A stretch of 59,458 nucleotides of DNA from Nocardioidaceae bacterium (GCA_013695785.1 JACCZT010000171.1:1-59458), one strand, 5' to 3'; positions 46,861 through 55,966 are shown, numbered from the stretch's first letter. A program made the numbers and translations. The notes: generated by a model from the letters alone, not told the origin.

Positions 46861-48249
46861 TCAGCAACCGGCGAGACGCGCCGCGAGGTAGGTCTTGATC
46901 TGGTCCAGCGACACCCGCTCCTGCGCCATGGAGTCGCGCTCGCGGACTGTGACGGCACCATCGTCGAGACTGTCGAAGTCGAAGGTGACACAGTACGGCG
47001 TACCGATCTCGTCCTGTCGGCGATAGCGCCGCCCGATCGCGCCGGCATCATCGAAGTCGACGTTCCAGGCGGTACGCAGGTCCGCAGCGAGCTCACGGGT
47101 CCGCGGTGTCAGTTTCTCGTTGCGCGACAGCGGCAGCACGGCGACCTTGACCGGTGCGAGCCGTGGGTCCAGCCGCAGCACGACCCGCTTGTCCACCCCG
47201 CCCCTGGCGTTGGGCGCCTCGTCCTCGGTGTACGCATCGATGAGGAAGGCCATCATCGAGCGGTTGACCCCCGCCGCCGGCTCGATCACGTACGGCGTCC
47301 AGCGCTCGTTCTTGTCCTGGTCGAAGTACGACAGGTCGGTGCCCGAGTGTTTGGCGTGGGTCGTCAGGTCGAAGTCCGTGCGGTTGGCGACGCCCTCGAG
47401 CTCGCCCCACTGCGATCCGGCGAAGCCGAACCGGTACTCGATGTCGACGGTGCGCTTGGAGTAGTGCGACCGCTTCTCCTGTGGATGCTCGAACAGCCTC
47501 AGGTTGTCCGCGGCGATGCCAAGGTCGCGGTACCACGACATGCGCTCGTCGATCCAGCGATCGTGCCACTGCTCGTCGGTGCCGGGCTCGACGAAAAACT
47601 CCATCTCCATCTGCTCGAACTCGCGCGTGCGGTAGATGAAGTTGCCGGGCGTGATCTCGTTGCGGAAGGCCTTGCCGATCTGGGCGATGCCGAACGGGGG
47701 CCGCTTTCGGGCAGCGGTCATGACCTGGGCGAAGTTGACGAAGATTCCCTGCGCCGTCTCCGGCCGCAGATACGCCATGCCTTCCTCGGACTCGATCACG
47801 CCGAGGAACGTCTTGAGCAGGCCGGAGAACTGGCGCGGCTCGGTCCACGCTCCCTTGGTGCCGCAGTGAGGGCACGCGACGAGGCCCATGTCGACCGAGT
47901 CGGGGTCGGCGATCTGCCTCTTCTCGGCGTAGACCTCCTGCAGGTGGTCCTCGCGGAAGCGCTTGTGGCAGCTCTGGCACTCCACCAGGGGGTCGGTGAA
48001 CACGTCGACGTGTCCCGAGGCCTCCCAGACCTGCCTGGGCAGGATCACCGAGGAGTCGAGACCGACGATGTCGTCGCGGCCCTGCACCATCGAGCGCCAC
48101 CACTGGCGCTTGATGTTGTCCTTGAGCTCGACGCCGAGCGGGCCGTAGTCCCAGGCGGAGCGGCTGCCACCGTAGATCTCACCGGAGGCGAAGACGAATC
48201 CTCGGCGCTTGCAGAGGCTGACGACGGTGTCGACGGTCGAGGCAGGCAC
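46861..48249 (-). CDS. glyQS: glycine--tRNA ligase (dimeric class II type)
   Basis: 462 aa; [33 protein letters not shown] and class-II motifs throughout. Confidence 0.96.
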   Translation of the reverse strand: MPASTVDTVVSLCKRRGFVFASGEIYGGSRSAWDYGPLGVELKDNIKRQWWRSMVQGRDDIVGLDSSVILPRQVWEASGHVDVFTDPLVECQSCHKRFREDHLQEVYAEKRQIADPDSVDMGLVACPHCGTKGAWTEPRQFSGLLKTFLGVIESEEGMAYLRPETAQGIFVNFAQVMTAARKRPPFGIAQIGKAFRNEITPGNFIYRTREFEQMEMEFFVEPGTDEQWHDRWIDERMSWYRDLGIAADNLRLFEHPQEKRSHYSKRTVDIEYRFGFAGSQWGELEGVANRTDFDLTTHAKHSGTDLSYFDQDKNERWTPYVIEPAAGVNRSMMAFLIDAYTEDEAPNARGGVDKRVVLRLDPRLAPVKVAVLPLSRNEKLTPRTRELAADLRTAWNVDFDDAGAIGRRYRRQDEIGTPYCVTFDFDSLDDGAVTVRERDSMAQERVSLDQIKTYLAARLAGC

Positions 48250-48345
48250 AGAGTTCTCCGTCCGGCTGGGTGTCGGCGGGCGGGAGCGGATCGTCTGACG
48301 ACCCGCGCCCGAGGGTCGGGCCAGAATAGCCGATGGCGCGCCCGC

Positions 48346-48651
48346 TCAGCCCGCTGGTGGGCTGGTCTCGGGGTCGGACACGACCTCGTACGCGCTCGGC
48401 TCGTCCAGCGCCTGCGACAGCAGCGGGACGCCGCCCATCTTGACGTCCGTCGCGGACAAGGCGCGCCGGTACGAGCCGACGTCGCGCCAACGGGTCGTGA
48501 TGGTCCACAGGCAGGGGTCGTCGACGTTGCGGCCGACCACCCCGCTGACCCATCCGGCGCGGGCGGCGAGGACGCGCAGCGCGTCGTGCGCCTGCGCGGC
48601 GAACGACGTCGCCGAGGCGGCCTCGACGCGGTAGCGGGTCACCACGAGCAT
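48346..48651 (-). CDS. ABM-fold (antibiotic biosynthesis monooxygenase-like) small protein
   Basis: Trimmed to ATG 48651; 101 aa. Ferredoxin-like pattern MLVVTRYRV...CLWTITTRWRDVGSYRRAL. Confidence 0.65.
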   Translation of the reverse strand: MLVVTRYRVEAASATSFAAQAHDALRVLAARAGWVSGVVGRNVDDPCLWTITTRWRDVGSYRRALSATDVKMGGVPLLSQALDEPSAYEVVSDPETSPPAG

Positions 48652-48772
48652 GTCGTCATCCAATGCACGCCGCGAGCGTACTCGGCTAGGCACCGTCTCG
48701 TGCGGCGCGGCGGCGGGCGGCCTCGACCGACCGACCGGCCCGCGGCACGATGCCTGGTGACACGATGGGGAC

Positions 48773-49057
48773 ATGACCGGCGAACCGCGACCCGGCTCGC
48801 GCAGCACGACGATGCTGGCGCGGCTGCAGGCGCTGCCGCGCCTCGTCCTGCCTGCCGGCGTCCTGGTTCTGACTTTGGTGGGACTCATTGCTGCGCCGCC
48901 TGTGGCCGTCGTCGCGTTGCTGGTGGTGTTCGCCCTGGTGTTCTGGTTGGCCACGTTGTCCTGGGCCGCCCTCGACCGACGCGGGCAGCTGCTCCGGATG
49001 GTGGTGCTCGGCGCCATCGGTGGCGTCCTCACCGGGCGTGTCACCCAGCTGTTCTGA
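48773..49057 (+). CDS. hypothetical small membrane protein (94 aa, 3 predicted TM)
   Basis: ATG start and hydrophobic segments (LVLPAGVLVLTLVGLIAAPPVAVVALLVVFALVFWLATL). Its stop lies 4 nt before the Fur-family gene start, suggesting an operon. Confidence 0.5.
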   Translation: MTGEPRPGSRSTTMLARLQALPRLVLPAGVLVLTLVGLIAAPPVAVVALLVVFALVFWLATLSWAALDRRGQLLRMVVLGAIGGVLTGRVTQLF

Positions 49058-49061
49058 GGTG

Positions 49062-49478
49062 ATGGCTACGGTGGAAGCCATGAGTCAATCGACCCACATC
49101 GTCAGAACTACGCGCCAGCGCCGCGCTGTGGCGTTGATCCTGGCTGACCTGGACTCGTTCGCGAGCGCCCAGGAGATCCACGACACGCTCAAGCGGCGCG
49201 GCGAGTCGATCGGGCTGTCCACGGTCTACCGCAATCTGCAGTCGCTTGCGGAGAGCGGCGAGGTGGACGCGCTGCGCAACGACGACGGCGAGGTTCTCTA
49301 TCGCCGCTGCAGCTCCGGACACCATCACCACCTGGTGTGTCGCAGCTGCGGTACCACCGTCGAGGTCGAGGGCCCCACCGTGGAGAAGTGGGCCGACCGC
49401 ACCGCCAGCGAACACGGCTTCGTCGACATATCCCACACCCTGGAGATCTTCGGCACCTGCGCGGACTGCGCCAGCTGA
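49062..49478 (+). CDS. Fur-family metalloregulator (Zur-like)
   Basis: 138 aa with a winged HTH (RQRRAVALILADL...STVYRNL), a His-rich site GHHHHLVC and CxxC pairs CRSC / CADC. glyS-adjacent position as for mycobacterial zur. Confidence 0.88.
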   Translation: MATVEAMSQSTHIVRTTRQRRAVALILADLDSFASAQEIHDTLKRRGESIGLSTVYRNLQSLAESGEVDALRNDDGEVLYRRCSSGHHHHLVCRSCGTTVEVEGPTVEKWADRTASEHGFVDISHTLEIFGTCADCAS

Positions 49479-49507
49479 TCGTTCTTCACGCCGCGCCGAG
49501 GCTTATG

Positions 49508-49521
49508 CGAACATGTGTTCG
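49508..49521 (+). promoter_or_regulatory. LexA SOS box (CGAAC-N4-GTTCG)
   Basis: CGAACATGTGTTCG matches the Gram-positive/mycobacterial consensus TCGAAC-N4-GTTCGA perfectly in the core, and overlaps the dinB GTG start at 49515. Confidence 0.75.
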
Positions 49522-50708
49522 TGTCCGTAGAGGGAACGATCCTGCACGCTGACCTCGATGCGTTCTACGCCTCGGTCGAGCAGCGCGACAACCCAAGGCT
49601 TCGCGGCCGTCCGGTCATCGTGGGATCGGGCGTCGTGCTGGCCTCCAGCTACGAAGCCAGGGCATGCGGCGTGCGGACTGCCATGAACGGCCGTCAGGCG
49701 TACCGGCTCTGTCCGCAGGCGATCGTGGTGCCGCCTCGGATGACGGCGTACGTGGCCGCGAGCCGGGCGGTGTTCGAGGTCTTCGCGCAGACAACGCCGG
49801 TGGTCGAGGGCCTGTCGATCGACGAGGCCTTCCTCGACGTCGGCGGCCTGCGCCGCCTCCGCGGCGCACCGTCGGGCATCGCACGAGATCTCCGGCGTGA
49901 CGTTCTCGACCAGGTCGGTCTGCCCATCTCGGTCGGCGTCGCGCGTACGAAGTTCTTGGCCAAGGTCGCCAGCGGTGTCGCCAAGCCGGACGGAATCCTC
50001 GTCGTCCCGACCGACGCCGAGCTCGAGTTCCTGCATCCGCTGCCAGTCGAGCGGTTGTGGGGCGTCGGCACGGTCACCTCGGCGACCTTGCGAGCCGCCC
50101 GCATTCGCACGGTCGGTGACCTTGCGGCGCGTGGGGAGAAGGGGCTGGTCTCGTTGCTCGGTCCGGGCGTCGGCCGGCACCTGCACGACCTTGCCCACAA
50201 CCACGACGCCCGGCGGGTCCAGGTCGGGCGACGCCGCGGCTCGGTCGGTGCCCAACACAGCCTCGGCCGGACGCAACCCTCACCGGCCGAGCTCGATGCC
50301 GTGCTCCTCGCCCTTGTGGACCGAGTGTGCCGACGACTACGCGCAGGTGGGCGCACGAGCAGGACGGTCACGATCCGGCTGCGGTTCGGCGACTTCGCCC
50401 GGGCGACGCGGTCGCACACGCTGCCGGTCCCGACGGCGCGGACACAGGTCGTCCTCGACACCGCCCGCGAGCTGCTGCGAGCAGCACGCCCGAGCATCGA
50501 ACGGCGCGGTGTCACCTTGCTCGGCGTCGCCGTCGGCGGTCTCGACGACGGGCCAGAGCAGCTGGCCCTCCCCTTCGACGGGACCACCGGCGCAGAGCTG
50601 GACACCGCCGTCGACGCGGTCCAGGACCGCTTCGGTACACCGGCACTCAGCCGCGCCGTCCAGCTCGGTCGGGACCACGGACCAGCTGCGCCACTGCTCC
50701 CGGACTGA
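49515..50708 (+). CDS. dinB: DNA polymerase IV (Y-family)
   Basis: 397 aa with ILHADLDAFYASVEQRDNPRLRGRPVIVG, SIDEAFLDV, and palm/fingers/little-finger order. GTG start (49515 or 49521). Confidence 0.93.
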   Translation: MFVSVEGTILHADLDAFYASVEQRDNPRLRGRPVIVGSGVVLASSYEARACGVRTAMNGRQAYRLCPQAIVVPPRMTAYVAASRAVFEVFAQTTPVVEGLSIDEAFLDVGGLRRLRGAPSGIARDLRRDVLDQVGLPISVGVARTKFLAKVASGVAKPDGILVVPTDAELEFLHPLPVERLWGVGTVTSATLRAARIRTVGDLAARGEKGLVSLLGPGVGRHLHDLAHNHDARRVQVGRRRGSVGAQHSLGRTQPSPAELDAVLLALVDRVCRRLRAGGRTSRTVTIRLRFGDFARATRSHTLPVPTARTQVVLDTARELLRAARPSIERRGVTLLGVAVGGLDDGPEQLALPFDGTTGAELDTAVDAVQDRFGTPALSRAVQLGRDHGPAAPLLPD

Positions 50709-50770
50709 GCGTTGGCGCAACGTCGACGTGACGAGGCCCGGAGCGAGATCGTGCCTACACTCAGTCTCCT

Positions 50771-51469
50771 ATGTCGTCCTCAGCCAATTCCTTGGCAGTC
50801 CCGCAACCCGAGACGGTGTCGGCGGTCTACCTCGTGGCGACCTCGGCGCTGGTAGCAGATCAGCCAGAGTCGATGCCGCCGCTTCCACCGGCAGGCCTGC
50901 TGCTTGCCCGCGGCGACGACCCTGCCGACGTGGACCGCCTGGAGTCGCTCCCGTACGCGACAGCGGTCGTCTACCGCGCACCGCTGGCCGAGGCTGCCGG
51001 CAACTGTGCACACGTCCTGGCCACAGCACGTGAGATCGCCCGGACACACGGCGGGTTGGTCGTGGACGCGATAGTCCCGCGAATCATCACCGCGGACCAC
51101 CGCCCCTCACCAGCGGCGACGGCATGGTTCGTCTTCGAGCACATCGGCGAGATCATCGCGACCCACGGCCTGGCGAGGTTCGGTCTGCCCGAGCTTTACA
51201 ACGACCAGTCCGATCAGGCGCGGATCGCGATGTACGACGCGGTGCTGGTCGGTGTCGCGCAACGGCTGGTCGAGGAATGGCCGGCCAATGACCCGGTAGG
51301 TCCGGCGACGATCACCCTGCGCGACGTCGCACGCGGGTACGGCGACGCGTCCGCCGGCGGGGACGACCCGACGCTGCGGCGGGGCCTGGACGTCACCCTC
51401 TCCTACGACGGCGCTGCCCACCGGCTGGTCGTCGCGCTGCACGACGACCCCGCCGACCTGTTCGCCTGA
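50771..51469 (+). CDS. hypothetical protein (232 aa)
   Basis: Clean ATG-initiated ORF in an otherwise unoccupied interval. Soluble, Ala/Asp-rich, with no motif I recognise. Confidence 0.55.
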   Translation: MSSSANSLAVPQPETVSAVYLVATSALVADQPESMPPLPPAGLLLARGDDPADVDRLESLPYATAVVYRAPLAEAAGNCAHVLATAREIARTHGGLVVDAIVPRIITADHRPSPAATAWFVFEHIGEIIATHGLARFGLPELYNDQSDQARIAMYDAVLVGVAQRLVEEWPANDPVGPATITLRDVARGYGDASAGGDDPTLRRGLDVTLSYDGAAHRLVVALHDDPADLFA

Positions 51470-51480
51470 GTCCGCCGGGC

Positions 51481-52593
51481 TCAGCGCAGCGACACCCGAT
51501 GCATCCAGTGGTGGCGGTCCTCGGCACGGCCGTACTGGATGTCGACCAGGGCCTCGCGGATCGACGCGGTCACCTTGCCGGTCTCACCGTCCCCGCTGAC
51601 GGCCTCACCGCCGTCCCACCGCAGGGCACCCACCGGGGTGACGACCGCGGCCGTTCCGCACGCGAACACCTCGGTGATCCTGCCGCTGGCGACGCCGTCG
51701 CGCCACTCGTCGACGCTTACGCGACGCTCGACGACCCCGTGACCGCGGTCGGCGGCCAGCGTCAGGAACGACGACCGGGTGATGCCCTCCAGGATCGAGC
51801 CGGACAGCTCGGGGGTCACGATGGTGCCGTCGTCGTGCACGAAGTAGAGGTTCATCCCGCCGAGCTCCTCGACCCACGTGTGCTCGGTGCCGTCCAAGAA
51901 CGCCACCTGGTCGCAGCCGTGTTCCAGTGCCTGCTGCTGTGGCAGCAGGCTCGCGGCATAGTTGCCGCCGCACTTCGCGGCGCCGGTGCCGCCCGCTGCG
52001 GCGCGGGAGAACTCGCTGGCGAGCCAGATCGAGACCGGCCGCAACCCGCCGGGGAAGTACGCACCGGCGGGAGAGGCGATCACCGAGAATGTGACGTGCC
52101 GGCTGGGTCGTACGCCGAGGAACGCCTCTGAGGCGAACATGAACGGCCGCACGTACAGGCTCTTCTCCTCGCCTTGGGGCACCCACGCGATGTCGGTACG
52201 GATCAACGCGTCGACCGACGCCGTGAACACCTCGGCCGGGAGCGCCGGAAGTGCCAGCCGCGCCGCTGACCGTTGAAAACGCGCGGCGTTGGCGTCCGGC
52301 CGGAAGGTCCACACCGATCCGTCGGCGTGGGCATAGGCCTTCATGCCCTCGAAGATCTCCTGCGCGTAGTGCAGCACCGCCGTGGCCGGGTCGAGCGACA
52401 GCGGGCCGTACGGTACGACGCGGATGTCGTGCCAACCCTCCTCGGGGGTCCATTCGCCAAGAAGCATGTGGTCGGTGAAGTAGCGGCCGAAACCGGGGTC
52501 GGCGAGAATCTCGTCGCGACGCGCGCCGGGAACAGGATCGGGGTTGTTCTCGACGCGGTGGTCGAAGGCGGGGGCGGTGGACATGTCGTTCAC
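51481..52593 (-). CDS. ilvE: branched-chain amino acid aminotransferase
   Basis: Fold-type IV BCAT sequence (FGRYFTDHM..., LHYAQEIFEGMKAY, EFSRAAAGGTGAAKCGGNYA). Start set to GTG 52593, 9 nt after AGGAGG; ATG 52584 is the alternative. Confidence 0.93.
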   Translation of the reverse strand: MNDMSTAPAFDHRVENNPDPVPGARRDEILADPGFGRYFTDHMLLGEWTPEEGWHDIRVVPYGPLSLDPATAVLHYAQEIFEGMKAYAHADGSVWTFRPDANAARFQRSAARLALPALPAEVFTASVDALIRTDIAWVPQGEEKSLYVRPFMFASEAFLGVRPSRHVTFSVIASPAGAYFPGGLRPVSIWLASEFSRAAAGGTGAAKCGGNYAASLLPQQQALEHGCDQVAFLDGTEHTWVEELGGMNLYFVHDDGTIVTPELSGSILEGITRSSFLTLAADRGHGVVERRVSVDEWRDGVASGRITEVFACGTAAVVTPVGALRWDGGEAVSGDGETGKVTASIREALVDIQYGRAEDRHHWMHRVSLR

Positions 52594-52645
52594 GGTAGCG
52601 AACCTCCTGGTTCGATGACGAGGGGGTGGGAGCAGCTGAGGCGGG

Positions 52646-53713
52646 TCAGCCGCGTACACCCTCGGCCACGCGCGCGGCGATGGCCTCCCCCACCTCCCGC
52701 GTGCTTCGAGAATGTTTCCCACGCGTGGCGAGGTCGGCAGCGACGGCGGCCTCGATGGCCGCGGAACCCTTGTCGAGCCCGAGGTGGTCCAGGAGCATCG
52801 CGGCGGAGAAGATTGCAGCGGTGGGGTCCGCGATGCCCTGCCCGGCGATGTCGGGCGCCGAGCCGTGAACGGGTTCGAACATCGAGGGGTACCTGCGGTC
52901 GGCGTTGATGTTGCCGCTCGCAGCAAGCCCGATGCCGCCACTGATCGCACCGGCAAGATCGGTCAGGATGTCGCCGAAGAGGTTGTCCGTGACGATGACG
53001 TCGAAGCGGCCAGGGTCGGTGGTCAGGAAGATCATGGCGGCGTCGATGTGGAGGTAGTCCACGCTCACCTCGGTGAACTCCGACCCGACCTCGGCGACAA
53101 CTCGGGACCAGAGCCCACCGGCGTGCACCAGGACGTTGGTCTTGTGTACGAGGGTGAGGCGTCGGCGCGGACGGCACCGGGCGCGCGCGAAGGCATCGCG
53201 GACGACCCGCTCGACGCCGTGCGCGGTGTTGATGCTGACCTCGGTGGCGATCTCATGTACCGAGCCGCCGCGTAGACGACCGCCGTTGCCGACGTACGGA
53301 CCCTCGGTGCCCTCACGGACGACGACGAAGTCGATGTCGCCGGGGGCGGCGAGTGGGGAGGTGACTCCGGGGAAGAGCCGGATCGGCCGCAGGTTGACGT
53401 AGTGGTCCAGCTCGAAACGCAGTCTCAGCAGCAGGCCGCGCTCGAGCAGGCCAGCGGGGATGGCAGGGTCACCCGGCGCACCCCCCACCGCACCGAGCAG
53501 GATCGCGTCGTGCTGGGCGAGCGCGCTCAGCGTCGCCTCGGGCAGCACCTCGTCGGTGCGGAGGTAGTGCTCGGCGCCCAGCTCGTAGTGCGTCATCTCG
53601 AAGGCGACGTCGTGCTGGAGCGCGACCGCGTCGAGAACCTTGACGGCCTCGGCGATCACCTCGGGGCCGATACCGTCGCCGGGGACGACGGCCAGGGAGT
53701 AGGTGCCGCTCAT
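52646..53713 (-). CDS. leuB: 3-isopropylmalate dehydrogenase
   Basis: 355 aa with [13 protein letters not shown] and [23 protein letters not shown] signatures. Confidence 0.95.
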   Translation of the reverse strand: MSGTYSLAVVPGDGIGPEVIAEAVKVLDAVALQHDVAFEMTHYELGAEHYLRTDEVLPEATLSALAQHDAILLGAVGGAPGDPAIPAGLLERGLLLRLRFELDHYVNLRPIRLFPGVTSPLAAPGDIDFVVVREGTEGPYVGNGGRLRGGSVHEIATEVSINTAHGVERVVRDAFARARCRPRRRLTLVHKTNVLVHAGGLWSRVVAEVGSEFTEVSVDYLHIDAAMIFLTTDPGRFDVIVTDNLFGDILTDLAGAISGGIGLAASGNINADRRYPSMFEPVHGSAPDIAGQGIADPTAAIFSAAMLLDHLGLDKGSAAIEAAVAADLATRGKHSRSTREVGEAIAARVAEGVRG

Positions 53714-53728
53714 GAGAACGACACTAGT

Positions 53729-53851
53729 TCAGCTGTCCTCGGGGGGTTCACCGCCGTTGTCGCGCATGTCCAGCGCCGCTTGAACGGCTTCGCTGCCCTC
53801 GGACGGGTCGCGGTAGTGGCTCGGACCCCACTCGGGGTACATGTCGTACAC
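53729..53851 (-). CDS. candidate 40-aa acidic mini-ORF immediately upstream of leuB
   Basis: GTG 53849-53851 is preceded by AAGGAG with a 5-nt spacer. Its stop lies 15 nt before the leuB ATG, and leuB itself has no SD. Third codon positions are mostly G/C by my hand count. No recognised family. Confidence 0.3.
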   Translation of the reverse strand: MYDMYPEWGPSHYRDPSEGSEAVQAALDMRDNGGEPPEDS

Positions 53852-54394
53852 GGTTTCTCCTTGGTCGTGCAGAGCTGGCGCTCCGCGGTCGTCGGACGGG
53901 AGGGAGCGGGCCGGCATGGATCGAGTCCCACCGGACCACGCGGCCATCCACCGACGGATCACGTCGAGGAGAGAAGCTGCAGGAGGTGCGACGCCTGATC
54001 GGAGACGTCTTCACAGATGCGGTGTGACACCCGTTGCGGCGGAACTCGAGCCAACGCCGAACGCCGCGGCGAGGTGTTGGCCCTAGGAGGCCCCGCCACG
54101 GCAAGCAATGAGTACTACGAGCTTCCGCATGATCGCGCCACTGTACGACCGAGGATCGGGCCGTGTCAGCCGAACGAGACAAGCGTCTCACTCCGCGAGA
54201 GACCGAGACCAATCCGTGAGACTACGTCGTCAGCGTTGGGCCTTACGATACGGCCGCGACACGCCGACGTGTGAACGGACGCGGGTAAGGCCCACGCCGG
54301 CCGTGGTGGCCACCGACAGGTGTGCCGCGTGGGGGACGAGCGCGCGCGTTTGGGTGCGTACAACCCAGGCGACTGGTCGTCAGACGCCCTCCCG

Positions 54395-54979
54395 ATGCTG
54401 TGCGAGACTGTCGCGGTGAGCGCACCTCCGGACGTACCCCCGCTCGTGGCGCGTGCACTCGACCTGTCTCGCAAGGAGGGGTTCATCACCGCCACGCGTA
54501 CCGAGACAGGTCGGCTGCTCGCGGCTCTCGCCGCCTCAAGGACAGGCACTCTGGCCGAGCTCGGCACCGGCTGCGGCGTCGGCTCGGCCTGGCTGGACAG
54601 CGGTATCACCGGAGACGCCAGGGTCGTCACCGCCGAGCTTGATCCGGCCTTGGCCGAGAAGGTCCAGGAGCTGTTCGTGGAGGCCCAGCGGATCGAGGTG
54701 ACCTCCGGCGACTGGAGCACGCTGGAGCGGTACGCACCGTTCTCGCTGTTGTTCGTCGATGTACGCGACGTCAAGCGCAGTGTCGACGTCGTCGCGGACC
54801 TGATGGGCACTGGCGGCATGGTGGTGCTCGACGACTTCACGCCGTGCCAGACGTGGCCACCGGTCTATGCCGGCCGGGTCGACGTCGTCCGTGAGCAGTG
54901 GCTGGCCGACGACCGCTTCACAGCCGTCGAGGTCATGGTCGCCGAGGACGCGTCGGTCGTCATCGCCACCCGTCGCTGA
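54395..54979 (+). CDS. class I SAM-dependent (O-)methyltransferase
   Basis: SAM motif I LAELGTGCGVGSAWL, an acidic loop VVTAELD, and motif MVVLDD. Start at ATG 54395 chosen within track ORF 54320..54979. Confidence 0.8.
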   Translation: MLCETVAVSAPPDVPPLVARALDLSRKEGFITATRTETGRLLAALAASRTGTLAELGTGCGVGSAWLDSGITGDARVVTAELDPALAEKVQELFVEAQRIEVTSGDWSTLERYAPFSLLFVDVRDVKRSVDVVADLMGTGGMVVLDDFTPCQTWPPVYAGRVDVVREQWLADDRFTAVEVMVAEDASVVIATRR

Positions 54980-54991
54980 CCAAGCGGCAGC

Positions 54992-55909
54992 TCAGTAGCA
55001 GGTCGCGAGCGGCTGCTCGGTCGGAGTTGCTTCGAGGTACGGCGTTGCCTTGCCGCTGGGGACGACGTACCCGATGCCCTGCGCCTTCAGCATGCCGGCG
55101 TCAGCGATTCCGATCACCTGCCCGTCCAGGTCGACCAACGGCCCTCCGGAGTTCCCGGGGTTGATCGCGGTGTCGGTCTGGATCAAGCCCGAGTGGACCA
55201 GACCGTCCACGGTGATCTCGCGGTCCTTGCCCGAGACGGTCCCCTCGGTGAGCGTTTTCGGCGCGTCGAGGGGGTAGCCGATCGCCGCGATGCGGGTGCC
55301 GGTGTTCGGCACCTCCGTCGCCAGCGAGAAGACGTGGGCGGCCTCGACGGCCTCGTCGAGCTGCAACACCGCGACGTCGTCCTCGGGTGAGAAAGCAACG
55401 AGTGTCGCTCCGTGGTAGGTGCCGTCGAAGTTGACGGTGATCCCGGTGGCGTCCTTGACGACGTGGTACGCGGTGAGCATGGTGTCTGGCGCGACGAGGA
55501 ACGCCGTCCCGGTGGCAGAGCCCTCGCAGAGGGTCACCTCCACCCGGGCGACGCCAGAGCTGACCCCTTCGTAGACGCCGGAGAAGTCCTCGTACCCGGC
55601 GGTGGTGGTGGCGGGGCTGCTGGTGGGCGCCACGCGATCGCCGTCGTTGGACTGTTCGGAGACGAGCCAGACACCGCCGAGGATGATGGAGCCGACGATG
55701 ACGACCGCGACGACCCCGATCACCACCGACATCGCGTCGCCGCGGGGACGCTCCGGCGGCACTGCGACAGGCGGCGCTGGGGCCGACCAGGGCTGCTGGG
55801 GGTACGGGGCAGCCTGGACGGTCGGCTGCATCTGGAGCGCAATGCCGCAGTAACCGCACTGGTGGGCATTTGGTACGACCTGTGCTCGACACCTGGGACA
55901 CGTCGTCAT
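54992..55909 (-). CDS. membrane-anchored trypsin-like (S1) serine protease with N-terminal cytoplasmic zinc ribbon
   Basis: ATG 55909 follows GAGGAG-N6. Order is CPRC-x10-CGYC, a Pro-rich linker, TM (VVIGVVAVVIVGSIILGGVWLV), then the catalytic triad contexts TAYHVV, DDVAVLQL, GNSGGPL. No PDZ domain. Confidence 0.85.
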   Translation of the reverse strand: MTTCPRCRAQVVPNAHQCGYCGIALQMQPTVQAAPYPQQPWSAPAPPVAVPPERPRGDAMSVVIGVVAVVIVGSIILGGVWLVSEQSNDGDRVAPTSSPATTTAGYEDFSGVYEGVSSGVARVEVTLCEGSATGTAFLVAPDTMLTAYHVVKDATGITVNFDGTYHGATLVAFSPEDDVAVLQLDEAVEAAHVFSLATEVPNTGTRIAAIGYPLDAPKTLTEGTVSGKDREITVDGLVHSGLIQTDTAINPGNSGGPLVDLDGQVIGIADAGMLKAQGIGYVVPSGKATPYLEATPTEQPLATCY

Positions 55910-55966
55910 TGTTGGCTCCTCGCTCGCCCGTGCGGCCAAGAGTATGCCTCGAGGGGTTCGCCGGAG

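Noticed and set aside
46846-49062. 738-aa plus-strand ORF
   Set aside because: Antisense to glyQS and to the ABM gene. The glyQS frame is clearly the real one.
54303-54316. GTGGTGGCCACCG resembling the T-box motif (GGGUGGUACCGCG)
   Set aside because: The match is only partial. No specifier-loop or terminator architecture is visible, and the downstream gene is a methyltransferase rather than an aminoacyl-tRNA synthetase or amino-acid gene.
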